From Dudresnaya verticillata (Eukaryota): a DNA stretch of 64,000 nt. The stretch's first letter is position 1. Every line of letters starts with the position of its first letter. Location of the stretch: the NCBI GenBank assembly GCA_977862235.1, contig OZ374560.1:1674001-1738000 (forward strand), written 5' to 3'. Both the position numbers and the translations under genes were made by a program. Of the stretch, positions 10,560-22,754 are shown in pieces. The notes below the pieces were generated by a model. It was not told where the DNA came from. It saw only the letters and a program-made list of their open reading frames with translations, and ran no database searches.

Positions 10560-12834
10560 AGCTGATATGCGGACGCTGCCCTCGCCCGCGTTTCTCCCTC
10601 CCTTACAAACCCTTAGGTCCTACTCCACTCCCCACGCCCGGTTGGGTACAAGCCCTTCTGGACGGGCGAACTCGACGGGCTCCGCCGCCTTCGCGCACGG
10701 GCAAAGCGAAACATCGGCACACCAGGTCATCCAGACGTTGAAAAGCAATATCGACTTCGGCGAAAGATCATTACCGCTCGTAATCGAGCACGGAAGAAAC
10801 TTGCACAAGCACGGGAAGAAGAGGCTCTCTTTGCTCGCCCCAACTCTGAATTAGCCGTTGCAATACGCGCGCAGTAACGCAGACGCAATACCCGCATCGC
10901 CTCCCTCACCAGCGCTGGTCCACGGCTCTACCCACGGGTCTTCACTGAATTTGTCATCGCACAACAACACCCAAGCCTGCCCACCAACCTGACACCCAGG
11001 ACGTTTGAGGTACCACAATATTTCCGGAACAGTCTTGCAAGGGCCCTTCGAGCCTCCCCGCGCGGAAAGGCAATCGGTACCGAAAACGTCCGTGTCGAAA
11101 TGCTACTACTGGTCTCGGAGTTGGCTGTGGACCTCCTCATGGCAATGTGGCGGGTTTGCGGGCGCTTTTCAATATTTCCCGTAGAGTGGAACCAGGGGCT
11201 GCTGATTCCAATTCAAAAACCCAGCTCGCGAAACGACCCATCAAAGTATGGACCAATTTGCTTACTCTCACATCTACATAAGTTTGTTGACCGCGCGATC
11301 GCATACGAAGAGAAACGATATTTCACCCCACACTTAATGCCACTGGGCTTCCAGGCAGGGCTCCGCACGGAAAGGTCCATTGTCTTAGCCCAACACTCCA
11401 TGAAGTGCGGGGATGACTATGTCGCTATTCTAGACCTCAAGAGTGCGTACGACAGAGTTGACCGTCTCAAACTCCTTAAAATCTGCGAAGAGATACTACC
11501 CGATCACTTAACTCGTATGATCGCGGCTACCCTCGCAGTACGAACGGTGGGTGACAGCTCTCGATGTACTGGAGCAGTTCACCGAGGTGTGACACAAGGC
11601 TCTCCCCTGAGCCCTGACCTGTTCAACATCTACATCGAGCCGCTAGCCGCAAAACTGTGTTCTAAGCTCCAACCAACGTCCATCAGCACACCTCCCTGGT
11701 CGGCTTGACGCGGACGTGCCTTCTGCATCTTAAACCCCACAATAGCTAAGGAAGGCATCGGAAATCTGTGACGGCTGGGCCCAGCGCAGTTGCATAGCAG
11801 GGTCGGAAAAAGAAATGACACCTTCTCCTCCACACGACATCGTCTTCGCCCGTCTTCCTCACGGTTCCGCATTGCTGGAACATACATCGAGACTGTCCCA
11901 AGCGCGCACTATCTCAGGATCGAGTTAACCCGCAATGGAATTGGACCCCAGTCCATGCTCAACCGGATTCAGACCGCAAAAAGAACTGTTGGTATGCTGG
12001 CTAGCGCAGGGCACATCACTCCCTGAATGCTTCCCATTGCTGCTCGCTTCATTTACCGCACGTTTGTTAGACCCATTGTCAAGTACGCGCTGGCTATAAC
12101 TCCACTCACCCCCGAACTCGAGGCAAACATGGACAGCGTCTAGGCTCTCTTCCTCCGGATCTCAATTGGTCAGCGGACGCACTACATGCCCCCGAACAGG
12201 TTCAGAAAGCTGTGAGTACTTATTGCTGGCAAGCCCAAAGAACGCTTTCTTCCCTCCAGGGCCCCACCGCATATTGCTTGCTGGGATGCATCCCAACAAT
12301 CCCGAACGCGGCCAGAAATCCGCGACTTGCTGCTACAGGAATGGCGTGCGGCGCTATCTGGTCGACGCCCTGCCCCGGTGTACAACTCGCATCGATTACC
12401 ACCAGCCCTGGAGCTACCAGACCACAGAGACAGGAAACTAGCAATCCGTTGGCACCTGGGTACGTTCTCTATTCCGCTGCCCTGCCCAATTGCGCGCGAG
12501 GAAGTTCGACCCCTTGCCCAATCTCTCCAAGCCCTGTCGCTTCCAGAACCACTCGCCGCTGATCTCTGCGCCATCTCCGAGACACAATCTCATCTATCCG
12601 GGACGCTTGCAGCCACGCGTTTCCCCTGTCTACTTCCCACTCACAACCCAGTCGGTCCCCACGTAACTGATCCCTCTCCGAAGGATAACCCCACCCCCTT
12701 TACCGGTGATAGGGTACTTTTCATGTACGTCATTAAGAATAACCTTAACAACTGTACCTTACCGGTGTTCTTGCCCATGGGCCATCGTCGCCCGCACAAG
12801 ACCACCCTAAACAACCATTAAAATCAAACATCAC
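10560..12834 (+). mobile_element. 5'-truncated, degenerate LINE (RT and 3' end)
   Basis: RT motifs YGPICLLS, GFQAG, LDLKSAYDRV, GVTQGSPLSPDLFN; C-terminal AIRWHLGTF. The 3' end matches the LINE at 29715-37064. Confidence 0.85.
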
Positions 12835-15572
12835 CTCTTGGAATCCCACATACCCCCTATCGTTGTCGACAGCTCCAGCATTCCCTAGCACGCCGCTCCG
12901 ACAACTCTCCTATTCCACCACCACCAAAATGTCCTGGGCTGCATCATCAGCCCCCCCCAGCTTTACCGCGCTCAAATTGCGGCCTGGACCCGCATACTTG
13001 CTGGGACACGGCTGCCCTCTGTCTGCCCTTCAACACGCTTTACGCCGGCCCTGTACGATGGCACTTAGGGACGTTCCCTATCCCTCACCCAACCTCGCAG
13101 CCGCCCACCGCGTCCGCCGCCTACGATCCATCTTGAACCTGTTGGCTCACCCAAACCTAACTCCCACCTCCCTCGCACGCGTAAGCCAAGCAATTGAACA
13201 AATCCGTCGCACTGGCCTCCAGCATACTACATCCTCCGACGAACCCACCACAGATCGATACGGCCAGCTCTAGATACGTAGTGTGTTTTTCAATAGGCCG
13301 TTGACGCCGAGGCAAGTGCACTCTAAACTTTGTTGTGTAAACTTTATCATCACCTAGAAAACTTGCTCTCACCTCAATTCTCTGAAGTGCCCAAGAATTT
13401 CTGCACAAGAATGCTGAAGTCATCGCGCTACCATGGGTTTTTGCAATGTTGGAGAAGACCGGGACATGCGCTGTTTGCTTTCCGCCCCTACCAAATCTTG
13501 CCCAACTATCCTTACACCTTCTTCGTGGTGCCGTAGTGTTACTTGAGTCTCAGTATCATTATTTCTTTTTCCGTACCATTCCCATTATGAATACACCTCT
13601 GCAAGACACATCATGACTTAACTTATCTCAGTGCCGTTTTGGACAGCGGTAATGGGAAAACAAAACCCCTCGCAGCCATCTACGCCACACATCACTCAAG
13701 ATTACTAGAGACATTGAATGGAACTGTCCGGGCGATAAGCCACTCCAAATGGGAGTCGGGAGTCACAGGCCCACAGTCTGCTCCGGTCAAATCTGTGTAA
13801 TCCCCACTACTCGTGCTCCAGCTCCCAGGCCACCGCGCCCACAGGATTGCTGTTTGAGGCAACTTTGGAATGGTTCCAATTTCACCAATCTGCCCAGTCA
13901 AACGGGAATAGACCTTTATGCATAGGAAAGACTACAGCCCCGTAAGGGGGCCTAACTAAACTTTTGTGAAAGACAAAGGTCCAAGAGTTTACGACGGTAT
14001 TTACAGACGGTTAACAGCCTTCGCGACATATTGAAGTAGAAGAAAGGTGAAGTGGGTTAAAAGAGAGAGTTTCTCAGCTATCGGCGAAGTACCCGTTACA
14101 ATTGCTAGGAAATTCGCCATGAGTTGAGCGCCTCTATCGACTCCAGAACCAATGGAACAATGGATGCCCATCGCCATAGGATGGAGTTATATCCGGTTCG
14201 AAGAACATAAGCGACAACAGTGACGGGCTTTCGCTTGCCCGTGGCAGTGAATAGATTGATGTTGTGAGCTAGACGTACTGGAAATTGTAGTTGGATGGTC
14301 CGGGATCACCACAGAGATATCAAACGCTTGAAGGACGGAGCAAACCCACGTTCATCGGCATAGATATCCATGGGAAGATGGTCAGGTCGGTCTTCTATCA
14401 AACTCTATCAAACGGCCTTCAACACGTTGTAATTATCGGGCATCGCGACGCCTTTCAGACACAGTGGCTACAGAAGACAAAACTCAGGAATCCTCAGTCT
14501 CTTCGAGGTAGGAAAAGTTACGTTCAAGCTGAACAGTACGCCATGGTTCCGAGAAGTGTTACGAAAGAAAACCGCAAGTTGATTTCGGTTGGTATCATGG
14601 CGGCGAATGCTGCTATTTCCAGATCGGCAGATTGTCGCATGGTGTCCAAGAGATATCAAGGATTGGAACATGAGCGGATATGCCGTGGAGACAAGCAGGG
14701 CTTGGGCGATCACCACGGAAGATCGCGACACCCAGTCGGAGTTTTAGCATGGTGAGCCATATTTCAGTTTGCACGCGGGTAGAAGAAAATGCGTATTGGA
14801 GGGCACTGAACGGGCGGTTAGAGTACATAGTAGAGGTAGAATGAAGCCGTACTCAGGCACGAGATCTATTCTGAGCACTCATCTGGGATACAACTTAGGA
14901 AAATTGCGTCATTACCTTATGTCCAATTTTCGATGAATATAGGGAAAAAGATCTTGTGACAATGCGGAAGCGACAGCATAGCTTGATTTACTATATGCGT
15001 TCGATAAGATAGAAGGAACAGGGAACTGGTCACGGTCTTCACGGAGTTGTTTCTGTTCACGAATGTGATGAATAGAAGGGGCGGCGAAATGGTGCAAAAT
15101 AGGAGAATCAAAAGGCACCTGGCGAAAGAGGACAGGACAGAGATTATATAGCTGCAGTGCGCAATGTGAGGGTCACGCGTAAGACCTAGGCCTCCATGTC
15201 CCATGGGAAGCGAAAACAGATCCAAGGATTCATCCGACAGTTGATGGTATGTACAGTATGTTCAAACACTCACGCATGCCACAGTCATGTGTTAATGAAA
15301 TGGATTGGGGTGGGGGGGGGGGGTTCATCGCAGTAAGTATGACAGCTTAGACGTGCCAACACACAAGCGTGATAAATGAAAAACGAGTTGAGGATCATTA
15401 AGATGCTGCAGTTGGATCCAGAAATGCTGGAAGGAGTCATGGTCTTAGCCAGCAGTTATTGTAAACAGCTCTCATTTACAAGGGCGCTCAGAACTGTTAT
15501 AAAGAATGATTATGATAGGGAACCCAGGGAGTTGGAACGAGAAGCACAACATGACGGTGAAGAAAATGGGGG

Positions 15573-16506
15573 TGTGGCGTGACAAGTGGGCACGTCCGTG
15601 TCCGACGAAGTCTCGCGTACGCGAAGACGAAAACAGAAAGTGAAGAATAGGGGCGGAAAGAGGAAGGCGAGTAGATGGGTATACCGCGCTGGGCGGGTCC
15701 AATGCAGTGGTTGCATGCCCTCGCCGTCGTTCGACGCCAACGGGTTGCCTTTACAAATACTACAGCTGGACAGCTCTGTGTAACCCACAGTAAATCGTGA
15801 CTTGCGTACGCAAGCTCCGTTCCGAACAGCCATGGACAAGTGCCGCCACAGGCACCAGCCATCCCGACGTCCCCGGTAATGGACGGCAAGTCGCCCAGGT
15901 CCTCGCCCTAGTCGGGGGACCTGGCAGCAGACCAATCATGTAGAAAGGCATGGCAGCCCGGTGCATGTGCGCAGGGTTTGCACTGCGAGCGTACGCTACA
16001 GTAGAGCGCGTCGCTCGGAGCATCAGCACGGCGAGTCGGCTGAGTACTCATCAGGCGTCCGTACTCTGCACAGAGCTCACCTCACGACGCCACGGCGGGT
16101 CGGGGGTCGGCGCTATTGGCCTGCGGGCGCTTCGGCGTGTTCAGCGCCCTGGGGTTACAGTGGTGGCGGGAGGGCAGATCTACTGGGGGGCATGCGGTGA
16201 GGGGTAGTCTTCGAGGCATATATGACGGATGGCTCGCAGGGCGTCGCAGACACGGGGGGCGGCGGATGGATCGGGTTCTTGGAGTGACAGAAGTGACAGT
16301 GTCTGTGCGTGCGGTCGCAGCGCGAAGCGGGCGCCTGGACAGCTGGATAGGATCGGGAAAGTCCCCAGATGCCAGCTTATGGCTACCTTCCTGTCTTGAT
16401 GGTCCGGGAGTTGCAGAGACAGTGCTAGCCGGTGATGGGCGTAAATCTACGTGCTATGAGATGGTAATCTTTTCTCAAAGTTTACGCTGAGGTTACGCGG
16501 GCAACA
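15573..16506 (-). repeat. Possible solo LTR inserted in the CRE RT
   Basis: Non-RT ~930 bp between two RT segments, with TGTGGC...GCAACA ends and a CT-rich tail on the minus strand. No convincing TSD. Confidence 0.35.
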
Positions 16507-16802
16507 CATGTACAGATTGTGTTAGATTTGTGTGTTGATGTACCAACCAGTCTGGGCTACTCCCTGTTTCTGGCTGGTCTTTATACGGTAAGCAAAGCCC
16601 TACTACTACATTTTCGAACCTTTGCTTGCACGGCAGGAGAGTCCTCTCCGGGTGATAATTCCGGGGGAGTCTCCTGAAGAGCAGGACCGGAGAGTTTCTG
16701 CACTTCTGTCATTGTCAGGTAAACTGCATTGTTGTGGTGCATGTTGACCGTGATGAGTTCGTGTCACATTGAACATCATTGTGCCAACATTCCCCCTCGA
16801 AC

Positions 16803-19800
16803 TTAACAGCGGTCGATTGAGATGCCCCTCATACTTGTGAACCTTGTATGTTTGAACTTCTGCAAGGCCTTGGTCATAACGTCTGCCACCATATTCTCGG
16901 TTGAGATGTACTGTAGTTCGATAGACGCTTTCTGGATGTGGTCACGAATGAAATGGTACTTGATATCGATGTGTTTCGTGCGTTTGTTGGAGACACTGTT
17001 CTTTGCGAGCGCCATCGAACCTTGATTGTCGGTGTATAATGTGACAGTCTTGTCGGCATCTGCGCGAAACTCCTTGTTTAGTCGTTGAAGCCATAAAGCC
17101 TCACGAACGGCAAATGAAGTCGCAACATATTCTGCTTCAACACTTGACTGTGCTACTATACTTTGTTTCTTGCTACGCCATGAAATAGCCCCACCGCAAC
17201 TCAGGAAAACAAATCCGCTTGTTGATTTCCTCTCAATGCGATCTCCGGCAAAGTCAGAATCAGTAAATCCATGCAACCCTACGCAATCTTTGCTCCTTGT
17301 TACAAAGGAGATACCATTCTCTTCTGTACCTTTCAGGTAACGAAGGACATACTTGGCGGCATTCCAGTGTACTCTAGAAGGCTTTTGCATAAAACGGGAG
17401 AGATATGAAGTTGCAAACGCGATGTCTGGCCGGGTAGTGTTGGCAAGGTGCAGCAAACCTCCAACCAATTCGCGGAACGGTACCGATGCTGGTTCCCATT
17501 CCCCCTCATCGGTGACGTTTGGGATTTCCAGAATTGTGCCAGGTGGCAATGGAGTAGTTGTAGACTTGGCATACTGTAATCCGAACTTAGAAACCATCTC
17601 GCGGATCATGTGTGGACTGGATACCTGAATGCATTGTAGATCACGGTTACGATGAATGATGATACCTAAAAACTTCGTCACACTCTTCTCGACGCGGATA
17701 TCTACCTTTTCGGCAATAGATGTAGTTATGTTGCGCATTAATGAGAGGCTGGCACTGACGAGTAGCATATCATCTACGTAGACTAAAACAAACAAACGAA
17801 TAGAGTCGAGGATAAGGATGTAGAGGCTAGCGTCAGACTCAGACTGAAAGAAACCCAGGCTCTTAAGAAGTGTATCGATTGTTCGATGCCAGGCACGCGA
17901 GGCTTGCTTCAGACCGTAGAGCGCTTTCAGGAGGCGATAGACAAAATGAGGTTTTTCATTGTTCACGAAACCCTCAGGTTGTTTCATGTAGATGACCTCG
18001 TCAAGGTCGCCGTTGAGAAACGCAGCCTTCACATCCAGTTGCATCATCTGTAAGTCCTCATCCGCTGCCAAGGAGAGAAGGAAACGAAGCGTGGAGTATT
18101 TGGCTACAGGTGCAAATGTTTCTTCGTAGTCAATTCCATACCGCTGTGAAGATCCTTTTGCTACGAGGCGTGCTCGATATCGAGATACCCGGTGGTCAGC
18201 GTCTCGCTTCTTGAAATAAACCCACCTGTTCTGGACGGCCTTGGCATCCGTCGGGAGAGGAACAAGCATCCATGTACTCTTACGCTCGATCTCAGCAATC
18301 TCTTCATTCATAGCCTGAACCCATTGATCCTTTTCAGGGCCGCCTACGGCCTCTTTGTATGTGGTCGGAACCTCGGCTGATTCATTTCCCATTCGTACGT
18401 TAAGTGCAATTGATGCGATGTCACCGTATCGCGCTGGAGTTGTCGACGCACGATTAGAGCGACGCAATTGCGGGAAGTGGGTAAGTTCTTCAGTATTAAC
18501 GGAACTAGGGGAGTTGCTGTCCCTATCCTCTTCGTCTTCGTGATCGGACTGGAGTTCTCCTTCTTCGTCATCGGAGTCGTCCGCGAGATCTGGGAGTGAA
18601 TTGTCGTCATCCTCTGGGTCAGGTAGTTCCATAAAGCTATGTTTGGTTTCCTCTTCTGGCTCTGACACAGCATCAAGACCTGTGTAGGTCTCATCGCAGC
18701 TAACATCGCGGGAAGTAACAACCTTGCCATCGGTAACGAAGTAGACTTTGTAACTGTTGCCTCTTTCATAACCAACCAGGAGGCCTACCTTGGCCCGTGG
18801 TTCGAATTTGCTTTTCCTGGTTGCTTTGGGAATATGGACATACGCTCGGCAGCCAAACTTGCGGATGTGGGCTAGATTTGGCTTCTTGCCCATAATAACT
18901 TCGTACGGGGTCTGGTTGGACGAATTGCATGAACGGGTATACAGCCGGTTTCGAAGGTAGTTAGCTGTGTTTACAGCTTCAGCCCACAGTGATTCATGGT
19001 CAGGAATGTCTGAAACAGCCATGAGCATTGTTCAAGCCATGTCTAGCAAGGTACGGTTGAGTCGTTCGGCCTTTCCGTTAGACTCCGGAGAGTACGAAGA
19101 GGTTAATTCGTGAACTGTACCTCTCTTAGAGAGCCATTTCTTGAACTTGTTGGAGAGGAATTCCCCGCCATTATCAGTACGCATCCTCTTGACACGTACA
19201 AATTCGGGGTCGTAAGCGTCGGCAGTTACACGACGGTCTATTAGTCGTTTGACCTTAGAGCCGAATACAGTTTCCAATTCCACTAGCATCTCTTTTAGTG
19301 CTTTGCTGGCATCTCCCTTCCCGGAGATGAAACGTACGAGAGACAAGGAACTGTGGTCATCGAGTAGAGTCACGAAATGCCGTGCACCCTTGATGGATCG
19401 GCGACGAGAGGGGCCAACTAAATCAGAGTGGACAAGATGTAACGGTTGTGTAGACTTCTGTTCTTCATCTGTGGCCTCAAAACGTACTTTGCGAGTCGAC
19501 TTTCCCTTGAGACAGCTATCGCACTTTGATGGAAACTTGCACTGAGATATGTCAAGACCATTGACTAGTGGAAGAGAATGCTGAATTGTTTCAGGACTAA
19601 CGTGTCCCAGCCGTTCATGCCATAGCTTCTGTTTGGCTTCGACGGAAATGGCAGCAGTGTGAGTGTCAGCTTCCACCTTTGTTGGATTCATGGTGACTCG
19701 ATACAGTCCGTCCTCGTGTTCGAGACCTTGAAGAATAACATCATTGCTACGGAATCCTGATACAGTACAGATTCCTTGGCCGTTGGTATCTGTCTCGAAG

Positions 19801-20954
19801 ATAACGCGATGTCCCTGCTTGCGAAGACGACTAACTGAGATCAGGTTGCACATCAGTCCTGGAACATGTAGGACATTGGTCATTCGGATGTTGACATCAC
19901 GGTCGCCGACTTTCGCGACACACAACAAGTCACCAATGGCAACAACTGGAGATTGGTTGCCGTTCCCTACCATTACAGATGATGGGCTTTGACTGATATT
20001 CTGGGTAATGAAGTGCTCTGAGTTGTTCGTCATATGCGAGGAACAACCAGAATCAATATACCATTCATAAGGTGGCGAGGCAAGGACAGTAGTGTTTGCG
20101 GTTGCACATTTTGAGATGAACGTGATGTAATTTGACCCACTAGTAGCGGTGTTAGCATAATTTGCTGCTTCTGTCTCCTTCTGTTTCGAGCGCGGGTCGC
20201 GGAAGCTGCCTTGTGGTTTTCCATTTGCAGCACGAGGTCGATACCGAGGGCTCTCTGGATTATCAAAACAGTCGGGCTTGATATGACCGAGTCGTCCACA
20301 GTAGTGGCATTTCTTCTTTCTGTTTTGTGTTGCTGCTAATGCAGTAGAGCTTTCTCCATTTGCCGCGTCGTCTTGCAAAATGTTGATTTCCTCAAGGACG
20401 AGTTGCGATATACATTCTTCATACTTTGTGCCTGAGATCATCATTACTTTCTTCACAACATGATACTCCTCTCTAAGTCCTCGTAGTAAGGCCCTTTTGC
20501 GATCTCGCTCAGATATTGGATGTCCAACTGATGTTAACTTATGCTCCAGGTTAGTCGACCGATTTACGTAGCTCATAATATTCTCCGTCGGTAGCATGGT
20601 AACTGTCTGGTACTGTGTCAGATAGGCATCAATTGATGCCTCCGAAATAACTTGAAACATAGACTCAAGAGTGTCCCAAACTTGCTTAGCGTCTCGTAAG
20701 CCAATTACACGGGCGCTAATTGAGTCGTCCACAGTGAGTAGTAAGTTTGTAAGAGCGACATCATGGCGACGTTGAAACTTTTCACCTTCATCAACGGAGG
20801 CACCTTCCGGCTTCTTCTCGGTGCCTGACACGATTCCCCAGAGCCCCTTGGCACGAAGTACTAACTCGATTTTACGAGACCATATGTAGTAGTTCTGGGA
20901 TGTAAGCTTCTCAATACGATAGCGAGAGAGGTCTGTCCCACTTTCAGAATCCAT
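16803..20954 (-). pseudogene. Copia gag-pol polyprotein (~1383 aa) with one in-frame TGA at 19032-19034
   Basis: CHYCGRLGHIKPDC knuckle, WYIDSGCSSHM protease, WHERLGH...CDSC integrase, RTDNGGEF, LYGLKQA, YVDD, TDSDFAG, KHIDIKYHF. Confidence 0.95.
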
Positions 20955-21048
20955 GTTGTGGGAAGACTGACGAAAAAAGCGAAACGACGAGTTGTTACGA
21001 AACGATAGACGGTACGACAAGCGCAGATAGAATTGCGCGTACTAAAAC

Positions 21049-21057
21049 CCCATAACC
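21049..21057 (-). other. Primer-binding site complementary to the anticodon arm of initiator tRNA-Met (half-tRNA priming type)
   Basis: GGTTATGGG immediately follows the 5' LTR, with no TGG. Same type as Drosophila copia and yeast Ty5. Confidence 0.8.
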
Positions 21058-22247
21058 TGTTAGATTTGTGTGTTGATGTACCAACCAGTCTGGGCTACTC
21101 CCTGTTTCTGGCTGGTCTTTATACGGTAAGCAAAGCCCTACTACTACATTTTCGAACCTTTGCTTGCACGGCAGGAGAGTCCTCTCCGGGTGATAATTCC
21201 GGGGGAGTCTCCTGAAGAGCAGGACCGGAGAGTTTCTGCACTTCTGTCATTGTCAGGTAAACTGCATTGTTGTGGTGCATGTTGACCGTGATGAGTTCGT
21301 GTCACATTGAACATCATTGTGCCAACAGATTGAAACCAAGTTTAGGACCTTGTGTCTAGCAAAACTATATAACATCGAAAGTAATAGAACGGGGAACAGC
21401 GACATGGATGTCATCAGTATATGCAGCTAGAAGTTGGTTGAGGGGGACGTAGAGACCAGATTGGTGAGCAGGGGATGAATAGCGAGGGCAAAAAGTAGAA
21501 TCTCAATGGGTCACCCTACTGTGTGCCTGTCCGACTGCGCAAATAAAACGGACCAAATAGAAGAAGGGGTCAGCCGAAAATAGGAAATACACAAGCTTTG
21601 CAATGCCGTGAGCCCCTTCGATGACTTCACGGAGGATAAGATAACGCTCAACACAGTTAAAAGCGTTTGTGGCATCAATCTTAAGAAGCATATAGTCTTA
21701 GCTGAGATTGGACTCCGCGAAAGAACGTATCGCATGAATAATAGCTTCCTCCCCATTACGGATGCCAACGGCAAACTGATAACGAAGGAGGATTCACGAA
21801 ACTGATGACTGATTCACGAATGCCATTGTCCTGGGCGATTCGCTTCATCCACAGGCGGCCAACGAAACGACGCAGGATTTATCCAATGGCAATGGTACGA
21901 AGCTTGCACAGTCACGATGGGAGCTTAGGGTGGCCCAGAAGCAAGGCACCCCCGAACCAGGCATTGTAGCGAGGAGGTAAGGGGCCATGCTTGCAAAGGA
22001 GCCATTTTATTTTGGCTCCTTCTAGAAAGCGATGAGCAAGCTGCTGTCGCGATTACTAATGCGAAGGAATACATAAAACCGCATCTAATGCGAAAGGGCT
22101 TTCGATGAATAAGTTACGTGTTAGGCTAGCAAATGAGTTAGTATATGTGGTGAGTACCAAAAACTCCAGATTACTTACGAGCCAACTGTGAGATACAAGT
22201 TGTGAGTGAAAGCCATGTGTTGATAGGAGTTATAGGTCAAAAACGTA

Positions 22248-22754
22248 TCACGCAACCTCAACGAAAACGTTGACAATCCATTCAGCAGTACCGGCAGAGC
22301 CCATATTTTCCTTCTGCCTAATGCAAGTGTACTTGGAAGTTCCGGTATTGAAGCCACCGGTGGGTTCCATAACAATCTTACAAACACCGTCATCATTGAT
22401 CTCATTTGGTCCGTCATCCTCCCGAACCTCAACCATGATGCCGTCAGAGGCGAACGGGGGAAACTGTTGGTCGATGAGGAGCTTCTCACGCTGGCCGAAG
22501 GTATGTACTAGACTTGGGAATGGTGTTGACGACTCTTGTGTAGGTAGCGAGCAGCCCTGTAGGTGGAAGAAGGAAAGGCGAGTGAACATCTCGACCAAGT
22601 TGCCCTCGTCACTGTCCGAGCGAGTTAGGAAAACCTTGACCCGACTGTTAGAGTTGAGCTTGGTGGATGGATCGAGGCCTGGTGCAGAGACTGGGATTGC
22701 CAGGGATGAACTCCAGAGCAGCAGGAAGGAGAGCAAGAGAGGAAGCGCATGCAT
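22248..22754 (-). CDS. 168-aa putative secreted protein, unknown function
   Basis: Signal-peptide-like MHALPLLLSFLLLWSSSLA, AAAATCATG context, CA-rich leader, TATAA near 22932, acidic loop VEVREDDGPNEINDD. Confidence 0.75.
   Translation of the reverse strand: MHALPLLLSFLLLWSSSLAIPVSAPGLDPSTKLNSNSRVKVFLTRSDSDEGNLVEMFTRLSFFHLQGCSLPTQESSTPFPSLVHTFGQREKLLIDQQFPPFASDGIMVEVREDDGPNEINDDGVCKIVMEPTGGFNTGTSKYTCIRQKENMGSAGTAEWIVNVFVEVA

Larger units (their letters stand above)
16520..21327 (-). mobile_element. Full-length Ty1/Copia LTR retrotransposon, recent insertion
   Basis: 270-bp LTRs (16520-16789 and 21058-21327) identical by eye, TG...CA ends, 5-bp TSD GATTG (16515-16519, 21328-21332), PPT GAGGGGGAA, PBS GGTTATGGG, domain order gag-PR-IN-RT-RH. 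Confidence 0.98.
13901..22060 (-). mobile_element. Degenerate CRE-type RLE non-LTR retrotransposon, interrupted by a Copia (16520-21327) and an LTR-like insert (~15573-16506)
   Basis: Minus-strand pieces in order: LRTIAIG*ILRRF, KIDATNAFN, Q*GDPL, AAYTDD, GFNL, then SLPMGHGGLGL, RHDTNRN and AKAVNRL. Each matches ORF2 of the CRE element at 31334-35738. Confidence 0.8.

Noticed and set aside
12863..13273. 136-aa ORF after the LINE end
   Set aside because: Non-ATG start and no recognisable motif.
15306..15323. G-run as a G-quadruplex element
   Set aside because: Isolated homopolymer in a decayed CRE coding region.
19032..19034. Programmed stop-codon readthrough
   Set aside because: The stop lies mid-integrase at a usual Arg position; a CGA-to-TGA mutation is simpler.
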